64,000 bases of DNA from the human T2T-CHM13v2.0 reference genome, Homo sapiens. A program made the position numbers and the translations under genes. Positions 11,751-26,327 of the stretch are shown piece by piece; the first letter of the stretch is position 1, and each line of letters starts with the position of its first letter. The stretch lies in the NCBI RefSeq assembly GCF_009914755.1, contig NC_060942.1, one strand, 5' to 3'. Below the pieces are notes generated by a model. That model did not search any database. It was not told where the DNA came from and was given only the letters and a program-made list of their open reading frames with translations.

Positions 11751-14193
11751 AAATAACACCCATCTTGTCTGCCTTGTAGGTTGTTTTGTGAGAAGCAATA
11801 GTGACAATGAATGTGAAAATATTTTAGTGTGCTCTATTAGAAAGTTTGAAGATTTCATAATTTTAATTAGACGTAATAGTTCCAAACTGTGAGTTTTTAA
11901 CTTAATTGTAGAAATACAATAAAATATAATGAAACCATTTATTTTATACCTAAAATGCACCAAGCATTGCATAAGACAATTTGAACATACTGTTTCTAAT
12001 TCTTACAGCAACTCTCAGATGTGGAAATGAAGTTCAGAGAATTTAAGTAAATTCCCAAGTTCATGCAGGTAATAAATAGTCTAACCATAATTTAAATTCA
12101 CTCTTTCTGCTACAACATACAGCCTTACTAGTAGATAGAAATTATCGACTAAATCTTATAAATTGTGGTCCTGTTTTCTTTCTACAAATTTTACAAGCAT
12201 TATTACTGCGGCAAGAGAACAGCAGCAGCTAAGCTGGGAGCAAATAACCCAGTAGAAGCAGAGCCAAAACTTGATTGTAAAACAAGGCACATTTAAATAT
12301 TTTTGGTCTAGGAACAATGAGAAAGGGCCAGCTGAGATTAGTAAGGCGATTTCATGCATAGACCCTGAGATTAGTTTTCCAGTTAACTGAGGGAATCCCA
12401 CGTGTTTAAGGGCTTTTCCTAAAGTGTAAAGACTTTATAATCCTACTTAATTCATGCAGTGAAATGCCATTATGTACTGCTTTAGAATTTTCTTCTGCTA
12501 AAATGAGGCATATTTTTATTCATTTGATGGACTGTCAAAGAAATGTAGGCTATATAATTTTATAAAACCAGTGGTGGAGGGTGGGGAGTTAGGTCATTTT
12601 AAATATTTTTTTTGGTTGGTTTAAATTTTATTTAATAACTGAGTAGAACTTGTTTTGTTTTTGTTTTACAATTTGTCTTGTTATAGCATTTTCTACAACT
12701 CTTTCTCTCTTCTCTTTGAAAACTGTCCTTGTTTTTGAGTAGGAAAGCAAAGAGAAAATATTGTGCCTTTTAAATAATCCATGCAGTTCATAACTCTTCC
12801 TCTGGCCTATAAATTATTATCAGTGCTTGAAGTGAAGTTGGATTTGAAACGACTACTTTGATGTGATGTTTTGATATTTTTCTTATTAAACCAAACAAAA
12901 TGAAGTAAATTATTAATCTCTCTTTTTTTCTTCTTACACAAAACTAGTCATTATTTACTCTTGTGTTTTTTACATTGCTCATCTTAAAGATTTGTATTCC
13001 CTCTTTCATCATGCCACAAACCTACTTCAGAGTCATTAGTCTACTCTTCATTAGAAAGAAACAAAATCCTTTAACATATTTTTTCAAGGGCTATAGATTG
13101 TTTGTGAAGATAAAATATCATATTCCTACTTCTAAATACCCTTGCTCATGAGAATACACCCTAAGAGACAGTGATTCCTAAAATAATCTTGAGATAAGTA
13201 CAAAATCATGGGTATTCAATGCATAAAGAATAATTCATAGCTTTACACAGAATCTCTTCCTTGCTTTCTAGCTTAATTACTCTTCTTTGTTAGGCAGTCC
13301 CATTTATTCTTATTCTTCCTATTATCAATTTCATAAAAAATATTAAAAATTTCAAATTCATTGGGTTATTTCATCTTTATGACAACCATTTGTTTTTGGC
13401 ACAGAAAATATTAATATAATTATCCCAGCTTGTTGACCAATAAACTGAAGCCAAAGCAACTCATCTACTTAATTTTAAATGGCTACTGTGTAGCCTTTGG
13501 TGTTGCCTCAGGTCTTCTGCGTTATCTGTTGCACTCTTTGGGAAGTGATCAACGGCAGTACCTTATCTTTTCTAATTCTGCATACCTTGCTGGGCATCAA
13601 TAGGCTTCCTCCCTGAGCTCATCATTAATGCCGGTTGTGTCTCATTGGGCTGGTTCCACCCTTACCTTGATGGTCTGGAGTGGCTCCTAGAGCCATCTAT
13701 TGAGCCCCAGTGCAGCCAGGAGTCCTTGAGTTCAGTTTAGGGTCTTGTCTCTGATTTTTGATAACCTCTTCCTGCGTATTCTGTTAAGTCCCATGTTCCA
13801 TTTTAGGTACATATAATTAAAATAATACAGTAAAAATCTGATCCTACACAAGAGCTGAAACTCAGGGATAAACTGTGGAATTAGAATTTCTGCAAATCCA
13901 TTTTCATTATTGACATATTTAATTTTGGACCAAAACAAATCTGATGGCATCACTATATTATATATTTGATGGCATAACTATATTATATATTATATATTTG
14001 TGTTATATGTATATAACATTAAATTATATTAATAAAAACATATGTCCAGAAAAAGAATAAGCATCTTAGTATGATCAACTACTTCTAGATTAATATTAAC
14101 ATTAATTTGCTACTCATTAATTCATATTTTATCTGCTAGTTCTTGTGATAAAATATTCACTGATAGTTAATTTTTAAAAGATTAGATTTATGG

Positions 14194-16130
<1,937 letters not shown>

Positions 16131-16234
16131 AAAAGATTAGATTTATGGGATAAAATGTCAGTGGAATAAATTGAGAGACTTCTATTCCTTACATTTATTT
16201 TTCAATTAATAAAAAACTAACAAAAACCCAAACG

Positions 16235-16830
16235 TTTCTGTGCAAGTCTTTTTGAGGACATGTGTTTTCATTTCTCTTAGACAAATACCTAGGTGTGGAA
16301 CTGCTGGATTTTAGGGTAGTTTTTTATTTATTTGTTTGCTGTTAAACAAGAAACTGCCAAGCCTTTGTCCAAAATGGCTGTGCTATTTTCCTTACACTCC
16401 CACTAATTATATAAGAGAATTTGGTTGCATTTTCCTGATATTTAATGATGTTGAGCACCTGGTAATGTGCTTACTGGGCAACCTTCTTTTGTGAGACGTC
16501 TCCTCAAGTCTTTTGTTCATGTTTCAGTTAGACTGTTCTTTATATTTTCGAGTTTTATGAGTTCACTGTACATCTTGGATATGTCCTTTGTCAAATGTAT
16601 GTTTTGCAAATATGTTCTCCTCCTCTGTAGCTTGCCAGTTGACGTTCCTAATAGTGTTTTGGATAAGTACAATTAAGTCTAAGTTTTCTCTTTTTTCATA
16701 GAGCTGTCTGTTTCTGCATCCTATTAAGAAATCTTTGCCAACCCCAGATGGCAAAGATTTTGTCCTGTGTTTTCTTCTAGAGACTTTATAGTTTTAGCTT
16801 TTATGTTTATAACCCACCTTAAAGTAATTC
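16235..16830 (-). mobile_element. Old L1M (L1MB/MC-like) ORF2 3' fragment
   Basis: TGTTTTCATTTCTCTTAGACAAATACCTAGG...TTTCTTCTAGAGACTTTATAGTTTTAGC are typical antisense L1M motifs. Confidence 0.75.
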
Positions 16831-17438
16831 CCCTAGTTACCCTAGTTTGTGAATATAGTTACAGGTGTTTCTGAGTCATAGCCCAGATTTGAAACTCACT
16901 GGTTTTAAATACAAATTTAGGAACAAGTATCTTTAACCTTCCTCACTTTCTTTCTCCTACCACTTCCTCTCAGAAAGTTGTTATATTATGGAATTGGTTC
17001 ATATAACCTTTGGGATCCCTCACAATATTAACAAAACCGACACCTGCTTCCTATCCCCTCAGCTTAGAGGGCAAGCCAGTATGTTTGCCAAGCATCACAA
17101 AGACCTCTGGGGTCAAGGTTAACTTTCAAGCTGACTGCATGGGCATCTATAAGTTATGATCTGAATGGGCAAGGAGCCCTTGGATCTGACATGTGTAGTG
17201 GCCTTGGTCAGTCACTGACTTATTGCGTGGATCTGATCAAGCCTCTTCCTCTCTCTGGATCTTAATTTTTCTAATGCATCAAAAGAGGGTCGTGAAACAG
17301 ACCAGCTTTGAAATTCCATATTCCTTTCATACCTATGATTTTTAATATCCCACCATCAAAAATGAACATCTTTGGGTCCTGAAGGGGTCTCCATGAACTT
17401 TAAGAGTTTCATATTATGTTGGGATGGTAACATCTTAA

Positions 17439-17750
<312 letters not shown>

Positions 17751-17869
17751 TAACATCTTAAATCTTATCAGCAAACAGATAAATTGGGATTTGCTGACAA
17801 ATGGCTAGGAATGAGGTCCTGTAAATAATAGAGGGTGTAAGAACTGGGATGGAAAGGGAGGCTGTGTTG

Positions 17870-18983
17870 TAAGGCTGAATATTCCATTGTGGGTATATAA
17901 CAAATTTTCTTTATCTGTTTATTCATTGATGGACACTTAAGTGGATTCAATATCTTGGATATTGTGAATAGTGCTGCAATAAACATCAGGGCGCAAGGAT
18001 CCCTTTGATATACTGATTTCTTTTACTTTGAATAGATACCAAGTAGTGGTATTGTGAGATCATGTGGTGGTTCTATTTTTAATCTTTTGAGGAATCTCTG
18101 TATTGTTTTTCACAATGGCTATACTAATTTACATTTCCACCAACAGTGTACAAGGTGTCCCTTTTCTTCACATCCTCATCAACACTTGTTATCTTTTGTC
18201 TTTTTGATAATTTGATAATAGCCATTCCAACATGTGTGAGGTGACATCTCATTGTGGTTTTAATTTGCATTTCCCTGATGGTTAGTGATGTTGAGCAGTT
18301 TGTTATATACCTGTTGGCCATTTCTAAGTCTTCTTCTTTTTTTTTTTTTTATTATACTTTAAGTCCTGGAATACACGTGCAGAACGTGCAGGTTTGTTAC
18401 ATAGGTATACATGTGCCATGGTGGCTTGCTGCACCCATCAACCCGTCATCTAGGTTTTAAGTTCTGCATGCATTAGGTATTTGTCCTAATGTTATCCCTC
18501 CCCTTGCCCCTACCCCCCAACAGGCCCGGGTGTGTGATGTTCCCTAAGTCTTCTTTGGAGAAATAGCTATCCAGGTTCTGGCCTGGCATTGTAGGGGCCT
18601 GGTCACTCAGTCTACAAGTGCTAACCAGGAACCTGGGCCATGAGGGCCTGACTGGCTCTGGATTTCACTGGTGTGAGCCTAGTGTTATGGTCTGAGCAAA
18701 ATTGGGTGCTCACTTCCCTCCTCTTTCCTGCAAAGTAGGTATTTCTCTCTGTACTATGCTGCAAAGGTTGGAGAAGGGTTGACGTGTGTAATGTGCAACT
18801 GTCCTTCCTACCCTCTTCAGTGTGCCTTTTCTTATTTCTGTGCTATACCCAGGTGCTGTAATCTCTTACCTGGTTTCTTAGCTCTGTGAAGGTATTGTTG
18901 TACATGAATAGCTGTTCAAATTGATGTTTCTGCACGGAGAGGAGTGCTGAAAAGTCCTATTATGCCATCTTGCTGATGTCACT
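17870..18983 (-). mobile_element. L1MA-type element: late ORF2 (17870-18578) joined to ~400 nt of 5'UTR (18579-18983), interrupted by an L1PA8-like insert
   Basis: ORF2 C-terminal homology (MFIAALFTI..., [15 protein letters not shown]). The right end reads AGTGACATCAGCAAGATGGCATAATAGG on the minus strand, an L1MA-style 5' terminus with a YY1 motif. Confidence 0.75.
18336..18543 (-). mobile_element. L1PA8-like 3'UTR-only insertion (208 bp)
   Basis: Poly-T followed by ATTATACTTTAAG...TCTAGGTTTTAAGTTCTGCATGCATTAGG. The 12-bp TSD CTAAGTCTTCTT is at 18324-18335 and 18544-18555. Confidence 0.9.
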
Positions 18984-21422
18984 ACTTCACCTATTTTTTG
19001 GTGGTGCAAAGAGTGGAGAGAACAGTTTTATTTTCATGAAATAATTGATAAGAGTTAAAGATGAACTAGAATATCTACATGCCACAGGTATGCAGGGGAA
19101 GAGAGGGTTTGATGTTTTAGGGTGTTATTAGGCAAGAAGGTACAGCCCAAGAGTGCACAATGGTGAGACAGAATAGTGTTGTAAACAGAATGGGATGCTT
19201 CCACAGACTGTGGGGATATTAGGTAATCAAAAAGTTAGACCATTTTTAATATGTGTGGCTGTGAAACATCTGCTGGTGAAATGTGAATTAAAGGGTAGAA
19301 TTGTATTTGGGGAGGTATAATTCTTTAAATTTGATACTGATTTCAGACTGGTCATGGCTTCAGAAGTATTATATTATTCTGTTCTATTCTATTTATTATA
19401 TATTTCAAGGTAATAGTGAAAGGAATAGAAATGATTCACTGCTCTGGAAATGGAACTTGGCTGGGGCATTGTGAGACTATATTCAGCTTTCTTGTGAGCA
19501 ACATAGACTAGCCACTATGACAAATGAGAGTGTAAGAACATGGAGTATTATCTTTTGACTCAAGGACTGAGCACTGTGTCCATTAGTCTATAAGCAAAAA
19601 GTAGTTTGCATTAGACATAGAAAATAGAAAACACCATTTGTTATTTCTAATTGTGTTAGAACAAGAAGGTAGGAAGGTAACTTCCATGGATGCTATCAAA
19701 GTATTTCTAGAGATGTAGTTTCATGGAAGGAAATAAACTAGTCCCTAAACATAAATCAATGAAACTAATGATACTGCTTGAAAATGTCTAGGATATTGAT
19801 TTAGACTTTTTATTTTTCTACTCTATATCTTATAACAAGGAAAATAAACACAAAAACAATAATCAGAGGTAATGAAGAGCTTACTAAAATAGCAGCATAT
19901 CTTTTAAAAAAATAGGTGAGGGAATATTTGAAAAACTGGATTGCATGGAAAACAGCAGGCCCATATGGCATGCACAATAGGATATTAAAGAGAACCAGCT
20001 TGTGAACTTACCAATCTAAGCTGCTTCAGTCAGTAATAAATCATGGACATCTGAGTGAGAGGATCCCAGTCCATTTCATGGAGAAATAAAAATCATATAA
20101 CCTACCCAAAATGAACGAAAAATCACAACGAACTTTCTCAGGGAACTATATACATAATTAAGTGTTTTCTACAAACTCATGGAAAGCTAATATATTGTAA
20201 ATCTATAAGCAGAAGCACTTAAAAATAAAATCGTATAAATTTTATCATTTGCTTTCCCAAAATGAAATAGTCTGTCTGAAACTATACTTGTAGTCAGATT
20301 TGTAGCTATACAATTATAATAAAGCACTAAGATTAAGATAAGGACCTCAATGAACATAACTGGGAGAATTTAATTCAATAGATTTTTGTCAGACATCTTC
20401 AAAGTAGTTGAATATTATCTTGAAAACATTTCTTCAGTAGGTAAAGAATGGGTCAAGGATCTTGACTAATAACAATGGCAATATACTTAGTGTACTTTAC
20501 TGATACGTTTACTTTATATAAAAATGTTTGTTTCACAAGATTTGATGCATATGTCATGGGAAAAATAATATAGCTAGATCTTCCTGACAACATGGTGTAG
20601 TAAATATGTTTTTTTTAATAGATGAAATTTTATTGCTCAGGGGAGATGGATTGAAACCCTCATTTCTTCCCTTTCTCCCTACAGACTTTACTCTTCTATT
20701 TATTTTGGAGTGTGAACTGTGGTTCTTGATAAATGAGTGTGTCCACTTTGCTCTGAATACTAATTTTTAACAAGAGACACGTATGGGGTGCAGGCTGGTG
20801 GTAGAGTAGGGTGGAAGGACATGTCATGTACAGACACACGCATACAAAATTATTGAGTAGAAGAAACAAAGAGATACAAATAAGATTATCTTTCTTTCAT
20901 TTCCCTGATAACATTGTAGTTAACTAATAGAAGAGAAATAATGCCAACCACAAAAATCTATCAAATGCTCACCATGTTACATGGTTCTCTGTATTCCAGA
21001 TACATTATTATATTTATAATCAACCCTGCAGTCTATTCCATTTGACATATAAGGACAGTGAGTTCAGAGGAATTTAGTGCTTTAGGGCAGGCCAACTCTA
21101 GCTATAAAGAACTCCAAAGTAAGCTGTGGTTTTTCCACCTTAAAATAAAGCAGATAATAGAGAGGTTCACAGGTCACTAAATAAATGCTGCACTCTCCTC
21201 TGGCTGATCAAATAGTGTGCATTTTCTTCAATAGCAGGGCAGAGGGTCAGTTTCCCCCTCTTTGGTATTTCATAGGCTTTGAGAGACTAAATTATATGCC
21301 ATTAGAGATACATTTTCAACTTGAAGCTACCATATTTAACAGAGAGTGAATTACATTAATTCATAACACCAAGAGGTGCCACAGAAGATGTCTTCTCCAT
21401 GAAAGGAAACCGTAAGACATAA

Positions 21423-21752
<330 letters not shown>

Positions 21753-22007
21753 GCTTATTATTTTTTAATTGAAACCTACATGATAACTTTCCATGAAACA
21801 AAAATCTCTACTCATCTCTCAGTGTACATTGCAAGTCTTCCACCTGTGGGTCTGTGGGGCTGTGTTAAGCTCTGTGGGGATCAAGGAAAATAGAGAGAAT
21901 TTGAAATTTAAGTCCAATATATGGGGGAAAAAAAGAAGGAAGAAAAAAATAGGAAAAGCTTGTTTCTATTATGTTTTGGTTTTTCTAGGAGGAGAGGGCT
22001 TGCTTTT

Positions 22008-22183
22008 TATTTTATTATTTTTATTTTTTTAGTCAAAGCCTCACCCTGTTCCCTGTTGCCCAGGCTCTGGAGTGCATCACACACTCACGGCTCACTGCAG
22101 CCTTCACCTCCTGGGCTCAAGCGATCCTCCTGCCTCAGCCTCCCACAGTGCTGGAATTCCAGGCGTGAGCCACCACGCCGGAC
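22008..22183 (-). mobile_element. Old Alu monomer (FRAM/FAM-like)
   Basis: Single monomer ...GGCTCACTGCAGCCTTCACCTCCTGGGCTCAAGCGATCC...GCGTGAGCCACCAC with a T-rich tail. Confidence 0.8.
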
Positions 22184-23115
22184 TGGAATAGAAGTTTTTG
22201 ATTCAAGGTGACTAACCTGCTCTTTGCTCAGGTCTCTTTGGCCACCTCATCTTCCTCAAATGCAAGGAATTCCTCACGTATCATTCTCCCTTTCGTGCTT
22301 GCTCTCCTCTCTCCCGCTGGAGCCTCTGAGATAAACACAGACTTAAGCAAACAACAACAACACAAACATCTCCTGGGAAAGAAGCTCTTTCACTTGTTTT
22401 GTCTCACTGAAGCTAATGCTCCTGCATGCCTAGTCCAGGACATCATATGATTTTTACAAAAATAAATAACGTTAAATTCAAAGCCTGTGTGCCATCTAGT
22501 ATACCACAAAAGACTGGCTAATTCATTGTTCTTACGCATTGTTTTGCATGAGTATACATTTATTTTCTCATCACTTAATTTCTCCTTTGTGATCTTCTTA
22601 TTTACCATCTCCTGGATGCAGAATGACTCTTGCTTCTCTTTCCAAGTCATCTGAGTTGCAATTAGATTAGCTCCTCTTTAGCAATAAATGAGTTAAAGAA
22701 GAATTTGGCAGAATCTAGGTAGCCACAGATGACTTCATAGTCTGTGTGATTTTGGGGGGTGAAAGGGAGAATACACAGCAACAATACAGAGATTTCTACT
22801 GCTTTCTAAATTACCTTCCTTTCCTATTGAGTTAACCCAGTTTGGCAGATGCTAAAGGCTCCACTGAGGCCAATGATATATTAAGCTACAAGAGCACTGT
22901 GTCTATACTCATATCTGTATAGACACCATCACTAATAATCCTTCATAAAGACTTAGGGGTAGGTCCCTTTTCTCACTTGAGTTATTACTTTTTGTTGTAG
23001 TCTTTATTATGGCTGCTTTTAGTCGTACCAAGACAACTGCAGTGATGGCTGCCCACAAGTATCACATCTGTGGGAGTTACTTGTATTGGAGCTTACAGGT
23101 TTCATATGGTGGAAT

Positions 23116-23216
23116 TTCTCTTCTCCTCCCCTCCCCTCCCCTCCCCTCCCCTCCCCTCCCCTCCCCTCCCCTTCCCTCCTCCTCCTTTTCTCTTCCTCTC
23201 TCTCTTTCTCTCTCTC
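23116..23216. repeat. (CTCCC)n followed by a CT-rich polypyrimidine tract
   Basis: About 9 CTCCC units, then CT repeats; ~100 nt of pure pyrimidine. Confidence 0.95.
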
Positions 23217-23220
23217 ATAA

Positions 23221-23486
23221 CCGGGCACTGTGGCTCATGCCTGTAATCTCAGCACTTTGGGAGGCTGAGGTGGGTGGATCACCTAAGGTCAGGAGTTTGA
23301 GACCAGCCTGGCCAACATGGGGAAACCCCATCTCTACTAAAAATACAAAAATTTCCCAGCTACTCGGGAGGTTGAGGCAAGAGAACCGCTTGAACCCAGG
23401 AGGCGGAGCCTGCAGTGAGCGGAGATAGCGCCATTGCACTCCAGGCTGGGCGACAGAGGAAAACTCTGTTTAAAAAAAAAAAAAAA
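23221..23486 (+). mobile_element. AluSx-like element with a ~28-nt deletion at the start of the right arm
   Basis: ...AAAAATACAAAAATT is followed directly by TCCCAGCTACTCGGG; A tail at 23473-23486. Confidence 0.9.
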
Positions 23487-23630
23487 GACAGGGTCTCGTT
23501 CTGTCACAAGAGCTGTAGTGCAGTGGTGCCATCATAGCTCACTGCAGCCTCAAAATCCTGGGCTTAAGCTATCCTTCCTTACACCTCAGCCTTTCCAGTC
23601 CCTGGGACTACAGACACACACCACTGTGCT
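23487..23630 (-). mobile_element. AluJ right arm/FRAM
   Basis: GACAGGGTCTCGTTCTGTCAC...CATAGCTCACTGCAGCCTCAAAATCCTGGGCTTAAG carries J-type diagnostics. Confidence 0.85.
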
Positions 23631-24608
23631 TTATTTTTATATCAGTTTGAATGTTGGATCTTTAAAAAGATGAGGTAGGTACATGAGAATTAGCTTATTT
23701 TGGCCAAGGGCTATACGTAATAAACATGATAATCAACTAAATGGCTGTTAGCCAAAAATATATTTCCCTTACTTCCAGAGGATTCTAGGTCATGCTTGGC
23801 AGTGTGTCCTTCTCAAATTGGAGTTTGTATGAGTGTTTCACAGGCAGACTGAAGGAAATGAAAGAGACTCAAATTTGCCCTACCAGAGTTGTTTCCTAAA
23901 CCATCCTGAAGGTTCCATTTCTTCACCTTTGGAATAGTTTATCTGATGCCCTAAGAACAGAACAGGTATTAGTCACCATCTTTGTTCAATGGCTTAAATT
24001 CTCTGTTCTTTTCTTTTAGAAATTGAAAGCCTATATTTATCAGAAAGCTGGCTCCAATGAGTGTTCTGAGGATTAGCTGGAAATATGATTTATCTTAGTG
24101 TTAGAAATGCCATTTTATTACAAAATATTAATATCACCAAATAGATAAAATACAGAGTGAAGTTAAGAATCATGCTGTATGAATTTCCCAACAAAATGTT
24201 ACTGTCCTCTGAAGTGAATCAGAAGGTGCTTTAGTATTAATAAATAGAATAGAATACAAATCTCAGTCTAAAATTATACACTTCTATTTTGGATTAAATT
24301 TCTTAGGGTCCCTCAGATAAGCCATAATGATAAAGACAACAAAAAAGTGAGTTGATAGCTATTAGAAACATTTTTAGCTCCCATGTCACATTTAGCTAAC
24401 AATTAAATAATATTTTTATGTTAAGAATATACAATTCAAACCCTATACATGTATTATATTTTAGTCATATTTTTATTATTACACTTTGTTTTTACATGTC
24501 TATTCTTACCATAATTAAATTGAAAAATTCTAAAAGTTTACTGCTTCTGAGGAAATTAGTGGTTACTGTAAACCAGTATTGTGTGCTGGTTACCAAGTTG
24601 TTTGAGTT

Positions 24609-25050
24609 TGTTAAGACAGAACACCTACACACATAACAAGCTGCATGAAGCAGTTTCCTTACAGGTAGGTAACAAGGGACACAGGAGCCTAGGATTCATT
24701 GCCAGCCAGTCCAAGGCTCAGGAAACCTGCCCACGGCAGATGGAGTCTCCTCTGGGCACGTGACACTTGCACTGCAACTGAAGGACCCAGAAAAGCAACC
24801 TGCCCCGGGTTTTATATCCTGGGGCATTAAGACACTCTGGACTAAAGCACTGAAAGAAATCCTGTATCTGGGAGTGGGGCATGGGGAGAGGGTACTAGAA
24901 CAGAGCCTGAGCTCTTCTAGCCAGTTTTTCCTTATCTCAGGATGTGGGATTTTTAGAATATTCTACAGTTATTTTTGAGAGCTACAAGTGAGAAATTGGG
25001 GAGAGCTGGGCCAGTCTAAGGCTACCTGGAGAACTATCCTGAAGTTACCA
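24609..25050 (-). mobile_element. Probable ERVL-class solo LTR (MER54/MER73/MER74-like)
   Basis: TGTTAAGACAGAACAC...AAGGGACACAGGAGCCTAGGATTCA resembles recalled consensus ends; TATA-like GATATAAA on the minus strand near 24812. Family and right boundary are uncertain. Confidence 0.5.
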
Positions 25051-25486
25051 CATTTGTGTTGAAATAATCAATGATAAAGAGTAAAAAGATAATGTTTTTG
25101 TCTGTGTCCTGTGTAATTTGTATTCAAAAGAGTTTGAGTCACATGAATACTAACATTAAATCTAATTTAGTTAAGCTTAAGAACTCATTGTTTTTATTCA
25201 AATATGAAGTTAAACTATGAACTTATAATGGAATTATTGATATGGCAATGCTGGTTATAAACATCTATTTACAATTCAATGAACTTGTATATTGAAATCA
25301 ATAAGCTTCTAACTATCAAAAAATGAAATTGTCAGAGGCAATTCTACATTGTTAAGAGAGTCTTATTACTTCCCCAAATGCTGACACATGCAGTGATTTC
25401 AATTTAAGTATGTAGTTAATAGGTGAAAATATTTACCTATCTCACAAAAGATTTCAAATTTTTGTTCCATTTTAACCAATCAGCAT

Positions 25487-25735
25487 GTCATAGTGACTAA
25501 ATCATTAAAACTCTAAGTCAGACTCTCATTTCAAACACAGGCTCTGCTCCTTATCAGGTCTGTGATGGTGGACAAGTTCCTTCTTCTGTCTAAGCTGTAG
25601 TTTCTCCATCTGTGACATGAGTATGCTAATTCTTACCTCATAAGATGGTGGTAATGAATAAATTGTATAATTCCTACAAAGCATATTTTACCGTGTCTGG
25701 CAAATATTAATTACTCCTTGGATCTCAGTTATTAT
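25487..25735 (+). mobile_element. MIR SINE, near full length
   Basis: GGACAAGTTCC...AGTTTCTCCATCTGTGACATGAG...CTTACCTCATAAG...GTGTCTGGCA. Confidence 0.8.
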
Positions 25736-25811
25736 TGCTGATTGTGGAAATCATCTCCTGTGCCCTGACCTTGAATAGTTTCTATATCCATCTAATCTGT
25801 GTGCATTCTCT

Positions 25812-26327
25812 TATGGTAGATTAGAGATGGCTGCAAATTCTTTGATGCTCCTTCCATTGAGAGGTGGGGATTTGTTTCTTCCATTTGAACTAGAAGTGGC
25901 CTCTGTGACTGTTTAACTGATAGAATATGACAGAAATAATGCCACATAAATTTCTGGGTTAACCTTAAGACACCTAACTACTTCAGATACTTGCTCTTGA
26001 ATGACTGAGTCACCATGTGACATAACTGACTATTCTGAAGCCAACATACTCTGGGGAAGATGAAGAAACCAAGTATGGAGGTCCATGAGGAAGGGAACAA
26101 GACTACTGTCCAATATCCCATCTGTGTCCCCAGCTGACAGTGCACAGCCACTTGACCGCCATGTGATTAAGCTATTTTGGAGGTTGATTTTCCAGGCCCA
26201 GTGGACTCTCCCCAGCTGAAGATAAACCAGCTTTATTGAGCCATGCCCAGATTGCAGAATCATGAGTACAAGAAATGATTGATATTGTTCTGGAGTGGCT
26301 TGTTATGCAACAATAGGTAACTGGAAC
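25812..26327 (+). mobile_element. MLT1 (F/G/H-like) MaLR solo LTR
   Basis: Starts TATGGTAGATTAGAGATGGCTGCAAATTC and ends GTTATGCAACAATAGGTAACTGGAAC. Confidence 0.8.
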
